Shown here in pieces: positions 37,229-50,009 of a stretch of 64,000 nucleotides of DNA. The notes beneath the pieces were generated by a model. It searched no databases. It was given only the letters and a program-made list of their open reading frames with translations, and had not been told where the DNA came from. This DNA is from Mobula hypostoma (Eukaryota), in assembly GCF_963921235.1 (NCBI RefSeq), contig NC_086102.1, positions 137,206,001-137,270,000 of the forward strand. Direction: 5' to 3'. The stretch's first letter is position 1; each line of letters begins with the position of its first letter. Both the position numbers and the translations under genes were made by a program.

Positions 37229-38189
37229 AACTGGTGATCTGGGGGAATGTATGAATTTTACTTTATTCTGTGCTAATTGGATAAATGGGTGAAGAGTGAA
37301 AGATGGATAATCAGCGTGATTTCTAGAAAATGTTATTAGGAGATATCCATGTACAGCTTAGCTTTAAGCCAAATCAGTGTGTCTATTTCTATGAATCCGG
37401 GCACAGCAGCTATGGGTTGACCCTGTTCCATCTTATCAGTACAATAATTCTGCCACAACAACTTTGCTTCCTTTCAGCATGCTGACTAACCTCATTTATG
37501 AACTGAGCTTTTCAGTCCTTTTGGCAGAGACAGTCACTTTCCATTGGCCCTTTATTTTTCCCAGTCCTTCCATCACTGTGGTTGGTTTTATTTTAGGAAC
37601 ATTTCCATCTCATTGCTCTTTTTATCTATTTCCATGTCCACCGCTCTGTGGTTGGTTTTATTTTAGTAACATTTCCATCACTCTCATTCTGTCTGCTATT
37701 TCAGTCTTTCTCCTGATGCGCATTTTTGCTGAACTTCTCAGAGTATCCCAGCAGCAAACCTACAACCTACTCAGCGTAGCTGGGACCATGTATTTCCTGA
37801 ACAGATGTGATACTCATCCTACTGCTCAACCACAGTCACTGCTTTGGGCTGTTCTGACTGTAAATCACAGCAAGTATCACTTGGCACAGGCCATTAGTTC
37901 CACTGAACACTGGGTCGAACTCTTCACAAAGTCATTCAGTCTTAATATTAACCCCCACACAAAGATTGGGAAAGCCAACACAGAAATCACCAGCAATTAC
38001 TTCTCCACCATTTTATGTCATTGAGTATCAGGATAGCTCAGTGTTGCGTGTTTTATCTGGTGCAGTTATGAGCCTGATTAGCAACTCAGTGTTGCTGCTC
38101 AGGATCCCTGGACATCTGAAAACAAAATGGAGCAATGAAAGGGGGAAAGAAAGTGGCCTTCTCCACTTACCTTTGGGAGGAGCATTTGT

Positions 38190-40850
38190 GCTTCTCCCTA
38201 ATGGTAACAGCGAGATGGTGGAGGTCCTTGATGATGGGTGCTGCTTTCCTGTGGCAGTGCTCCGTGTAGATGTGCTCAGTGATGGGGAGGGCTTTACCTG
38301 TGATGGACTAACTGTATCCACTACTTTTAGTGGGCTTTTCCATACAATGGCATTGATGTTTCCCTACCAGGCCATGATACAACTAGTTAATATACTCTTT
38401 ACCACACTTCTGTAGAAGTTTGTGAAAGTTTTAGATAACATTTGAACCTTTGCTTATTTCTGTGAAAGTAGAGGCACTGCCATGCTTTCTTCATATTGAT
38501 ACTTATGTGCAGTACCCAGGACAGGTATTCTGAAATAATAACACCAAAGAATTTAAAGTTGCTGATCCTTTCCACCTCTGATTTCCTGATGAGGACTGGA
38601 TAATGGAGCTCCACTTTCCTCATGAAAATCATCTCCTTGGTCTTGCTGTCATTGAGTTGGAGGCTGTTGTTGTGGCGCCGCTCACCCAGATTTGCATTAT
38701 CTTTCCCATATGTTGATGTCAACAGCTTTGATTCAGCCAACAACAGCAGTGTTGTTGGCAAACTTAAATATGACATTGGAGTTGTGCTTGGCCTCAGTCG
38801 TAAGTATAAAGCAAGTAGAGCAGGGAGCTAAGCACCCTGTGGTGCCTAGTGGTGCACCTGTGCAAAGGGAGATTGTGGAGCAGATGTTGTTGCCAATCCG
38901 AACTGGCTGGGGTCTGCATGTGAGAAAATCGAGGATCTAGTTGCACAAGGAGTGTATTGAGGCGTAGGTCTTGGAGCTTATTGATTCGTTTTGAGGGGAT
39001 GATAGTATTGAATGCCGAGCTGTAGTCAATAAAGAGCATCCTGATGTACGCATCTTTGCAGTCCAGATGTTCCAGGATTGAGTGAAGAGCCAATGAAATG
39101 GCACCTGCTGTTGGCCTGTTGTGACAGTAGGCAAATTGGAATGGATCTAAGTCACTTCTCAGACAGGAATCTCATCACCAACTTCTCAAAGCACTACATT
39201 CCAGTGGATGTAAGTGCTGCTGGATAATAATCATTGAGGCAGGTTACCATGGTCTTCTTAGGCACCAGTGTAACTGAAGCCTGCTTGAAGCAGCTGGCTA
39301 CCTCAGACTGCCAAATCGACAGGTTAGAGGTATTGCTGAACTCTCCAGCCCGCTGAGCAGGTCTTCAGTAATCGACCAGGTATTCCGTCTGCTCTGGATG
39401 CTTTCTGTGAGTTCAACTTTCTGAAGGATGCTTTCACGTCGGCCTCAGAGACTGAAATCACAGGGTCATAGGGCGGCTGTGGAAATTTGTGAAAGCACCT
39501 TCATGATTTGATGGTCAAAGTGAGCATAAAAGGCACTGAGCACATTTGGGAGTGAAGTCTTCTGTCGCTTGGTGTCACTCTGTAGGACGTAATAGCATTC
39601 ATGCCCTGTCACAACTGTCAAGCATCCTTAGGTGACTCAGGTTTGTTTTGGAATTGCCACCTTGCACGTGCAATGGCTTTTTGGAGATTGTAGCTGGACC
39701 TCTTGTATTTAACTTGGTCACCAGAATAGAATGCCGATGTTTTGATCTCATGGTTCATCCAGGCCTTCTGGTTAGGGAAGAGTCTAAATGATTTTCTGAG
39801 AACACACACATCTACAACTGTTCTTGCAAAATCTGTGACAACCTTGATGTACTTATTCAGATCCTCTGAGTCTTTGAACATGGCCCAGTCTACCAACTTG
39901 AAGCAATCACATAACAGCTCCTCAGCCTCCCGTGACCATCTCTTTGTTGTCCTTATCTCTGGATCCTGTTCTTTAGCCTCTGCCTGTATGCAGGTAGAAG
40001 GAGGACAGCTAAGAGATCAGATTTCCTGAAATGTAGTCTCGGTATGGAACAGCAGGCATTCCTAATCGTAGTGTAACAGGGGTCGAGTGTGTAGCATTCC
40101 TGGTGCTGCAGGTGACAGGTTCAAGATAAATGGGCAGAGGTTTCTTCAAACAAGACTGATTGAAGTACCGACAATGATTTGAAAAGTGTCAGGGCATGCT
40201 GTTTCTTGTTTGCCAATCACGACATTCAAAATATCGGATGCCTTACATCTGACTTTTAACATCTGTCTTTGGCAGCATGTAAACTGTGGTTGGGGTCACG
40301 GAAGAGAATGCTCTTGGCAAGGAGGACAGTCGGCACTTAATTATCAGGTGTTCCAGGTCAGGGGAGCAAGAGCATGGCAAGACCACAGTGTCCGAGCACT
40401 GCTAAGATTTTATCATGAAATAGAACCCCCCCCCCGCCCCCCGCCCTTTTGCCTTCTCCAGAACCACTTTTGCAGTCCAGTCAATACAGCAATCTTGCCT
40501 TAGGTCTTCAGTCTTGTTCTCCAGCGTCAAACAAGGTGATGCGTAGAGGGCATTTCATCCCACCGTGTTTCAGTGTGGCCTGGCTTGGAGTCCTCCTCTC
40601 CTCCCTCTTTTCCAGCCATGGTGCTGTACCTTGGTCCACTTAAAGGTGCTGTACCTGCAAGATTGAGGGTTAAGTCTGCCGAGTCCTTCAGAAGATCATA
40701 AAATCTCTAGTTCATTAAGAAGGTACAAAATACCTTCCCTTAAAGGGAAATTGTAAGCTGTAGATTGAATGAGAGTAAGTCAGAAGTAGTATATCTGGAA
40801 ACTTGTAAGCAGCCTGCAACACATCACAATGATTCACCAGTGCCATCTTG
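38190..40850 (-). mobile_element. long Rex1/Babar LINE copy (5' end, endonuclease, RT), degenerate
   Basis: [54 protein letters not shown]. Minus-strand CAAGATGGC at 40850 is a likely 5' start. Confidence 0.9.
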
Positions 40851-42027
40851 AAACATCAGGACAATTGGTTAACTTGCTTAGCTTGTCTGTGTTGAGTAGA
40901 TCTGCCAGTTAGTTAAGAGTTGCTCCGAAGGATCTTGCTTACAGGACCATGCTAGTTTGTAAAGGTGCCTGCTAACCAACCTTACACTGTGCAATAACTG
41001 TCCATATTCACACTTCACCCATGCATATTGTCCAGATGGATCTCATTCTTATAAGCTGTGCATAGGGACAGGCCAGAATAGTTCAACCTCCGGACCCAGA
41101 ATGATCTTAAATAACAGAGTAACACCACACACTCAACATTTTCCCCTCTGATATTACATTTCTATACATTCCATGAACCCATGAACGTAACCTCACTCTT
41201 CTGCTCTCTTCTTGAACTTTTTAAATACTTATTGTAATTTATAATAATTTCTATGTATTGCACTGTAAAGCTGCTGCAAAATAACAAATTTCATGCCATA
41301 TGCCAATGATAACAAAACTGATTCTGGTTCTAATTCTGAACTTGGTAAAGGCACTTACATCAAATAAGCAACATTGCTTGTTCCCTCTGAACTTCTGATC
41401 CATATTCTCTGTCTAGCCAAGGTGTGCTGAATGCCGCAAAACAATCACATTCTGCACATTCGTACTTGTAAAGTCAGATCTCATCCCTGTTGGCCAACAT
41501 TATATTCAACATGTTGTTATTATTTTCCCCTGTCAGACCTGGTCATACATATGTTTTGAAATTATCAGTCTGGATGGCATGCAAAGCCAAGTTTTTCCCC
41601 ACAACTTAGTCCATGTGACAGTAATAAAGTAATTACCAATTATCAATCTATTCAGATTTGCTAACTGCTGGAGGTATACAGTAGATTCTGTAATTATGAA
41701 CATCTCTGTTCTGACCTGTTATGTACTTTTATCACATTCCATCATGTGATTGATAAGGACTGGGGCACATGCCTGGACAGACACTAATCTCAATCAGACA
41801 TCTTAATGATTTTTACAACATTTAACAGCTGGGTACAGTACTGACAAACAACACCTTATACTGCCATGCTGCAACCCACCAACAGGTCATGTTGAAATAA
41901 AAACTGTAACTGGCTCTGACTTGTTTCCCTTTTGACCGAGTTTGCACCTAAATTTGCAGTTATTAAAGCAATAGCTTCTGGTAGGTTTGTGATTCCCATG
42001 AATGGTACAGTAACATGCATTCAATGA

Positions 42028-42360
42028 GTAATGCACACAAAATACTCAGCAGGTCAGGCCACATCTGTGAAAAGGAATAAACAGTTGGCGTGTTGGGTCA
42101 AGAACCTTTGTCAGGACTGGAAAGGAAGGAAGAAAATGCCAGAATCAAGTGGTAGGTGAGGGAGGGAAAGAAAGACCAGCTAGAGGGTGATAGGGGAGTG
42201 ATAGGCAAAGCCCCCTTCTTTTCCAGACACGACGAAGGATCTTGGCTCAAAACGTCGACTGTTTATTTATCTTCATAGATTCTGCCAGCCCTGCTGAGTT
42301 CCTCCAGTACTTTGTCAGTGTTACTCTGGAATTTCAGCATCTGCAGAATCTCTTGTGTTT
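42028..42360. mobile_element. older inverted Penelope terminal-repeat insertion with a 13-bp TSD
   Basis: ATGCATTCAATGA at 42015-42027 and 42361-42373. Minus copy then plus copy, both with decayed hammerheads. Confidence 0.8.
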
Positions 42361-42474
42361 ATGCATTCAATGAATTACTTCCATGGTGAATTCAATCTGT
42401 TTCAATATGCTTGGAAGTACTCACTATAAAAACATACTCAGTTGTTGAATTCTTAGGTTTGCTGCCTTGCAGAA

Positions 42475-43510
42475 GCTAAAGAGTGAGAATAAAGGGTGCC
42501 ATTTCTGTTTGGCAGCCAGTAACTAGAGGTGTTGGGTCTGCTACTTTTCACATTATATGTCAGTAATCTGAATTACAGAATTGATGGCCTTGTGGCCAAG
42601 TTTGCAGTTGAAACAAAGATAGGTGGATGGGCAGGTAGTGTTGAAGAAGGATTTGAAAAGATTAGGAGAATGGTCAAGGAAGTGCCAGATGGATTGCAAT
42701 GTAGGGAGGTACATGGTCATGCACTTTGATAAACGGAATAAAGACATACACAATTTTCTAAATGGGGAGTGAATTAAGAAATCGGAAGTCTAAAGGGACT
42801 TGGGGGTCTTAGTGCAGGATTCCCGAAAGGTTAAGTTGCAGGTTGAGTCAATAGTATGGAAGGCAATGTTAGCATTCATTTCGAGAGCACTAGAATATAA
42901 AAGCAAAGGTGTAGTACTGATACTTTATAAGACATTGGTCAGACCACATTTGCAGTGCTGTGAGCAGTTTTGGACCCCATATCTAAGAAAAGATGCGCTG
43001 GCATTGAAAAGGGTCCAGAGGAGGTTTATGAGAATGATCCTGGAAATAAAGGATTAATATCTGAAGAACATTTGATCACTCTGGGTTTGTACTCACTGGA
43101 GTTTAGAAGAATGAGGGGGAATCTCATTGAAACCCACCAAATATTGAAAGACCTAGATAGAGTGGATGTGCAGAGGTTGTTTCTAATAGTGAGAGAGTCT
43201 AGGACCAGAGCCCACAGAACACAAGGACGTTCCTTTAGAATCAAGTTGAGGAAGAATTTCTTTAGCCAGAGGACCAAGAATCTGCAGAATTCATTGTCAC
43301 AGACGGTTGTGAAGGCCAGGTCATTGGGTATATTTAATGCAGAAGTTTATATTTCTTGATTCATAAGGGCTTCAAAGCTTACAGGGAGAAGGCAAGAGAA
43401 TGGGATTTAAAGGGAAAATAAATCAGCCGAAAAATAAATCAGCCATGATCAAATGCACAGCAGACTCGATGAGTTGAATGGCCTAATTCTGCTCTATGTC
43501 TTACGGTCTT
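42475..43510 (+). mobile_element. CR1 RT and 3' end, degenerate
   Basis: VAKFAVETKIGG, RPHLQCCEQFW, LYSLEFRRMRG. Confidence 0.9.
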
Positions 43511-44489
43511 AATTTTATGTTCATTAATGTTTTGGGGGTGGATGTCACAGCAGTTAAATCTGTCTATGGGTGGAATGGAAAGTGGCTGCAGGGCTGTATG
43601 TGGACTGGGTGCACAGTGGCTTTCGGCTAGAGAGCCACTGGGATTCTGAACAGAAGGAAAATTAATTATTAGAGTTTTACTATAAATGGTAATGTGATTT
43701 GCATGATTATGTGGATTTCAAAGGGATGTCTTGTTGTGAATTAAGTCTGTGGTGTGCTTTACAAGTGGGTGGAAATTGAGTTAATTATATATGGCTAAAG
43801 GTGATTAAACGAACACTAAAGAGAACTGGTAGTACTTGTGTTATATAAACAGGTAGATCTGTGGTTGTGATCATAAATACAGGTGAACCTCAAGGCTACA
43901 TGCTTAGGCCCTGCTCTATCCTTTTTACACCCATGTCTGTGTGGCTAAGCAATGCTCAAATTTGCCCATGACACCTCACTGGCAAGTTGTTTTACTTCGA
44001 TGGTACCAGCTCAGCCCCCGCTTCCATATGTCCATCACAATAACTGTAGTATCAGAGCAAAGAGAAGTTTCTTAACACCAACAAGGAAATTAAAGGGAAA
44101 ATGCAGACTCAATCCCCATTGAACACAGAGACAGAATTATCAAGTACTGCCGCTATTTAATCCATTGTATATGTCACAATTTGCTGAAAGTTTGACTTAA
44201 TTAACTACATTCCCTTTATTTTCCTTTGAGTCCTGGAAATTATTTTTTTAAATTTTATTTTACAGATACAGTGAGGAACAGGCCCTGCTGTCCCAGCAAG
44301 TCACACTGCTCAGAAACCCACAGGACAATTTACAATAACAAATTCACTGACAAACCGGTACACCATTGAACTGTGGGAGGAAACTCACGCAGTCAACAGA
44401 GTGAATGAACAAACTCCTACAGACCATGCCAGAATTGAATGTCACACCAACTACTACATTACTCTTCTAAATATTTAGTCAATTTCTGT

Positions 44490-45290
44490 TTGAAAGTTCA
44501 AAGTAAATCTATTATCAAAGTACATATATGTCACCATATACAACCCTGAGATGCATTTACTTGTGGGCATTCTCAATAAATTCACAATAGAATAATAACC
44601 ATAATAGAATCAATGAAAGACCATGCCAGCTTGGGTGTTCAAACAGTGTGCAAAAGATAAATACAGAAAGAAAGAAAAAATAATAATCAATAAATAAGCA
44701 AAGAGCATCAAGAATGTGAAATGAAGCATCCTCGAAAGTGAATCCATAGATTGTGGGAGCATTTCAATAATGGAGCAAGTGAAGCTATCCTCTTTGGTTC
44801 AAGAGCCTGATAGCTGAGGAGTAGTAACTGTTCCAGAAACTGGTGATGTGAGTCCTGAGGCTCCTGTACCTTCTTCAAGAAGGGAGCATGAGAGCACGAC
44901 CAGGGTGGTGGGCATCCCTGATGATGGATGCTGCTTTCCTGTGACAACGTTTCGTGTTGCTGTACTCAGTGATGGGGAGGGTTTTACCAGTGATGGACTG
45001 GGCTGTATCTATTACTTTTTGCAGGATTTTCCTTTAAGGACATTTGTGTTTCCATATCAGGCTGTGATGCAGCCAGTTAATATCTTCTCCACTACACATC
45101 TGTAGAACTTTGTCAGAGTGTTAGATGTCCTGCCGAACCTTCACAAGCTCCTAAGGTGCTGTTGTGCTTCCTTCGTAATTGCGTTTGCATGCTGGGCCCA
45201 GGACAGGTCCCCTGAAATATTAACACTGAGGAATGTGAACATGCTGACTCTCTCCACCTCTAATCCTCCAATAAAGGCTGTCTCACGGAG
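44490..45290 (-). mobile_element. Rex1/Babar-type LINE 3' part
   Basis: Similar to 38190-38600 and to 17040-17670. Confidence 0.75.
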
Positions 45291-45839
45291 GTTTCTTCCT
45301 CCTTTCAGCTGCATGTGGTGTAGTGGTTAGTACTGTCAGAGTACGGTGCTAGCAATCACCGATTGGAGTTTGATTCCAGCCGCTGTCTGTAAGGAGCTTT
45401 TACATTCTCCCCATGAATGTGTGGGTTTCCTCCAGGTGCTCTGGTTTCTTCCCATATTCCAAAAACATATGGTTAATGTTAGTGAGCTGTGGGCATGCTA
45501 TGTTGGTGTTAGAAGCAGGGCGACACTTGTGGACTGACCCAGAACAATCCTTGTTGAAGCAAATGACACATTTCACTGTATGTTTTGATGATAAGTAAAG
45601 CTAATCTCTTCAATCTTAACTGTCTCAATGTAGTTTATAGCAGAGTGTTGGGCTGACAATTGTTGCAGTTAAATTACAGATTTTAATAAATATGTATCTC
45701 ATCTTTCTTTGACAGATTAAATTACTTGCAACTTCTGAGAATGGTCAAATAGCAAAATACAATGTACTAAATGCTGAAACTTGAAGTAATATTTTTAAAT
45801 GTGGGTTGGTGAACAAAAATTTTAGATAATTGCAGATCT

Positions 45840-46030
45840 TTATAGCCAATAAATAGATGTGTGAAATATCTGCGTCTTTTCCAAAAGTCATAGTTATTAA
45901 ACCCTCTATTATTGAGTTGGCAGGAAAGTTCTTTCAGTCTGCCTCAATGTTGTGGTTTGAAAACATTGGTTGTGAAACCGTGAGTCATTAATTGAAGGGA
46001 TTGCAGCATATAAAAGGCAACAGCAGATAA
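45840..46030 (+). promoter_or_regulatory. proximal promoter of the spp2-like gene
   Basis: TATAAAA 46009-46015; AP-1 TGAGTCA 45981-45987; RUNX TGTGGTT 45951-45957; CCAAT 45846-45850; inverted CCAAT 45965-45969. Lies in repeat-free sequence just upstream of exon 1. Confidence 0.7.
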
Positions 46031-46091
46031 AGGCTCAGTGAGAGGGAGAGAGATAGACAGCATCAGCTGCTAAGTACCAAAGCTTGTCAAG

Positions 46092-46146
46092 ATGAAGTCA
46101 TTTCTATTGACTTTCGCTGTACTTCAGGCTTTCCAATACTGTGCTG
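46092..46146 (+). CDS. spp2: spp2-like gene, coding exon 1 (signal peptide MKSFLLTFAVLQAFQYCA + 1 nt)
   Basis: ATG at 46092 in context AAGATGA, about 80 nt after TATAAAA. Basic-hydrophobic-small-residue signal peptide pattern. Phase-1 donor G|GTATTT at 46147. Confidence 0.88.
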
Positions 46147-46288
46147 GTATTTAAAATTTAAAAGTTATTTTTTCATTAAGATGCCATGAAAACTGCTTTC
46201 TGAATGCCGACTGAATGAATTCTAGGAAGTTCAGAACAGGGAGGTTACTATAAATGCTAAGCACCCTTATTGCTGACTTATTTTACAG

Positions 46289-46410
46289 CCATCCCGGTGT
46301 TTGACTTCCTTCCAGTCTTTGAAGATGCACTGAGGCAATCCATTATACAGCTGAACAGTAACACAGCTGGTGGTTACCTGTTTGCTGCCATCAGTGACGA
46401 ACTGTTGCAT
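46289..46410 (+). CDS. spp2: spp2-like coding exon 2 (AIPVFDFLPVFEDALRQSIIQLNSNTAGGYLFAAISDELLH)
   Basis: Branch-point-like CTGAC at 46273, acceptor TTTTACAG, donor GTAAGT at 46411. 122 nt, open, phase-compatible with exon 1. Resembles the mature N-terminus of mammalian Spp24 as I recall it (FPVYDY...DAL..SV.KVN....YLF). Confidence 0.92.
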
Positions 46411-47850
46411 GTAAGTATTATTTCATCAAACAAGACTTAAGTTATTCTTCATTTGTGTATTTATTTTGTTTGATCTTCTCTTCATATTTGTTTTAACCCT
46501 CATGTCCTATTTCTGGCAGTCTGCTGCTGTCACTTCTTTAATTTTTCACACAGATGCAACGTATGTTTCTTACATAACGTATCCTGCAACTTATCATTCA
46601 GTTTTCTGTCTCCTCCTCTTAGGTGTTCTGCACATGTATTTCTACCCACTATTTCTTTGATCTCTTCAGTTGGGATATCAAATATTAATTAAGTCTCTCT
46701 TCTCTCTTTCATTTGTCTTCCTTAACTTTTGTCCCAATGATTCTGTTTTTCTTTCTCTGAGCCTGTTACCTTTTTTAAAATTTAGTCTTGTGAAATAAGT
46801 AGTGTTTTACTGGTCTGAAAAGGCAGTCAATTATCTGATAACCCATTTGAGGTATTCCTTCTGTACCGGTGGGGAGCCCACATGGGTTAAAGGTTTGCTT
46901 CTCTGTTTCAGTGTGGGACGTGGGAAGAGAACATTCCAACAGGTAAACTGAGCTTTTAAGGTACAGAATTGTCCTCAGTCACTAAGTTCACCTGAAGATA
47001 AACAGTGAACCTGGCAAGTTCTTTTTTTCCATTTGTTCAAGGTATTGAGAAGCTTAACTACCAAAGCTTGAAGAACTGCTAGACATTTGATTTAGAAACT
47101 GCCGTAAAATCCTTTATCATCTTTATAGTTTTGTGGTTAAGGTTCCTCCAGCCATGAAAAAGTTGCAGTCAGCAGATGTCCGGAACATTACTCTCGTTAG
47201 CATTGTTCCTTGGACCGTGCCTATCCCTTACTCTAGATGCTGAAGAGCAGGTGGCAGTGCAGTAAACAACAGTAGTGGAAACTGAGTTGCTTATTACCTC
47301 AAGGCAGCAACAATAAACAAGTATTGTGCACAATAGATATACAGATAGGTCTATCTTTCTATAATATTTCTGTCAGCCTCATCCCTTTTCTGCTTACTTT
47401 CAAGATATTCTTAATAATCTATCCCTTGAGTTTTGAACTGGAACTTTGCACCCAGGCTTCAGAATTCCCCTTTGAAGCTTCCTATCACTTTAAGTCTTTC
47501 TTGTTCTTTTAACATGTTCACTGAAACTTACTTCCTTCACCAATTACTATCGCAATCCATAAAAAATGTCTCTAAGTGACTCAAATCTAGTTCCCTGTAG
47601 TGTTTGTCAACTAAATGAGAATGGCTATCATATATCCACAGCTCCTTTGAGCCAACTTCACTGTGAGTTGTAATCCTTGTAATGCTGACCTATCCATATT
47701 GTAAATTGTTAGCAATTTCAATCCCTTGCTTACAAATAATTGCTGCAGGTCAATGTGAAAATGTGCGGTTTCAGTGACTTCAGAAGATTTTCATTTATCT
47801 TAATAAAGCTGGCAATTCACATCGATAAATCTCTATGTTTCATTCCTTAG

Positions 47851-47973
47851 ATTACCCCATCAGGACAAAATGATATTTCTGTGGACCTGAGATTTACTGC
47901 AAGGGAGACACTCTGTCCCAAAAATAGTGGAGTAGAGATCGAAAACTGTCAGCTGAGTAGAAACCCCCTGGCT
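47851..47973 (+). CDS. spp2: spp2-like coding exon 3 (ITPSGQNDISVDLRFTARETLCPKNSGVEIENCQLSRNPLA)
   Basis: Acceptor CATTCCTTAG, donor GTGAGC, 123 nt, phase 0-0. Has the cystatin/cathelin signature L.F..RET.C-x10-C (first disulfide loop). Confidence 0.93.
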
Positions 47974-48396
47974 GTGAGCATTATGTTTTTTTAATTCATT
48001 GACCTTAATGTTGTGGTTATAATGATGAAGAAACTGTGTACAATTGTCCTGATTATACTGTGAAAAATGACAGCATATTCAGAGTACAAGCTAACATTCT
48101 GGAATTGCCATAATGAAGCCTTGTCCTCCACTAGTTGAGCCAAAAGAGTCAAAAGAGAGCAAATACTTAATTGGCTTGAACTTGGCAGTGTGGGATCAAG
48201 CAAGGGTCTATATAAGCATATTTATTTTTTAGATGGAACTACTGAAATGAAGAGAACTTCAAAATATTATTCACACTGTAACAACCCTGGAAATGAAATT
48301 ATTGTTAACTGGATATTTAATGGCATAATAGCATACTTTCAGGCAAGCACTTTCTGTCACTGATAAGCTGACAGATTTCCTCGGGATAATTATTTC

Positions 48397-48476
48397 ATAC
48401 ACACTTAAAACAAAGTCAATATTTAGTTATTTTATTAATGAAATAACTAAATATTGACTTTGTTTTAAGTGTGTAT
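48397..48476. repeat. 80-bp near-perfect palindrome in spp2 intron 3
   Basis: Arm 48397-48432 (ATACACACTTAAAACAAAGTCAATATTTAGTTATTT) is the exact reverse complement of 48441-48476. The centre TATTAATG self-pairs with one T-G mismatch. Confidence 0.97.
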
Positions 48477-48936
48477 AGAGTTTTAATTGATACTTTAATC
48501 ATAAGTTTATGTCACGTCTTCATTTCTGTTCCTCTAACACATTTTAAGATGGGTTCTAGTCCTTCTCCAGGCAAATGCGTAAAATCTTGTACAGTAAAAC
48601 ACTGTTAAGCAGTGCTGTCTTTCCAATAAGATATTAAACCAGTATCCTAGTTATTCTCTCTTGTGGTTGTTAAAGAACATCATGAGATTATTTCAGAGAG
48701 CTAATAAATTACTCCCCTACCCATGTTGATCATTACTGGGGTAGAGTATTTTGCCAATATCACATTGTTGTTTGTGGGAGCTTACTCAGCATGTCATTTT
48801 CTGTATTACCCTAGTAATTCCACTTCAAAAAAAAACCCCAATTGGGTACTCAACATTTTGGGATGCTTTATAATGCACAATATAAATGCAAATCTTTATT
48901 TTACATCAATATGGTTATTCCTACTTTAAACCACAG

Positions 48937-49071
48937 GAAATGGTGACATGTCACAGCAGCGTTGGCTATTCATTAGGAAAATTTGTTGATGTTTTTCTAC
49001 GTTGCAAGAATGCAAGAAGCAGATTTGTGGACAGCAGCAGTGCATCGGCCTCCTTTGAAAGCAGTGAAGAG
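48937..49071 (+). CDS. spp2: spp2-like coding exon 4 (EMVTCHSSVGYSLGKFVDVFLRCKNARSRFVDSSSASASFESSEE)
   Basis: Acceptor CCACAG, donor AG|GTAAGC, 135 nt, phase 0-0. Second Cys pair (C-x17-C) then a Ser cluster ending SSEE, as in Spp24. Overlaps track ORF 48886..49104. Confidence 0.93.
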
Positions 49072-49349
49072 GTAAGCTGCAAGTTTATTCTGAATGCCAG
49101 TTAATATTTATATGGTATTTATTGGATTGCATGAAGTAAAATCTTGTCCTTTGCTACAGATGAGATATAGTTTCACTGCTGCTTATTGACAAGTTCTGAA
49201 TTGCCTTTCCCAATTTACATAAATGTGTTTAAGACCTACTCATTTCTAATCAATCAAATCAATTTATCAATGGATTTTAGTTTAACCTTGAATTTTAAAT
49301 ATTTGCCAAGACATCAAATCATTTTAATTGAATTCATATAATGAAAATT

Positions 49350-49716
49350 GGGTGGTGGAATGGAGATATGTCTCTACCAAAGGAACTGAAAGGCACTCCA
49401 CCCTTGGGCAAGGTGTAGCACCTGCTTGTCCCCCTGGTCTGGATCACGTGAAGCCATGGGATCAGGTGGTGGATGGTCGTATGAGCAGCTGGTGCATAAC
49501 ACAAGTCCTAGTTATGCAACCACTGCTGTCAAGCAGTCACCCTCTGAAGTGATAATGATAATGAAATGATAATGGCTGAGGTACCCATCTTGTAAAGACA
49601 CTACCCAGAAGAAGGCAATAGCAAATCACTTCTGTAGGAAAATTTGCCAAAAACAATCATGGTCATGGAAAAACAATGATCACCCACATCATACAACACA
49701 GCACATAACAACAACA
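49350..49716 (+). mobile_element. RTE-related non-autonomous repeat in spp2 intron 4
   Basis: AGAAGGCAATAGCAAATCACTTC resembles the RTE/BovB motif GAAGGCAATGGCAAACCACTCC; (CAA)n tail. Confidence 0.5.
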
Positions 49717-50009
49717 TTGATAGTGAAAATCACTTACATTTTTAATTGTATGTTTTAAAATGGCAAGCGCCTCCCTGTGAAAAGGTATAATGATATACAA
49801 TCTTAACTCTGGAGCCTGATTCCTAAGTCTGATCCAACCCAATTGTTCATGGTTGGTAAAGGGCCAGTTTAAAACCTGATCTGAGCACAGCTTTCAAACA
49901 AAACTAGATAGTTAGGGTGATGGTGGTAGAGGGTGTGAAACCTAAAGTAATATCCAAAACTGCTGGTAATATGCATTAGCTCTGGAATTCCAGCAAAGGT
50001 GAACAGAAT

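Noticed and set aside
37464-38024. 186-aa hydrophobic ORF
   Set aside because: Non-ATG start, no recognisable domain, and partly explained by a T-rich tandem duplication; likely a chance ORF.
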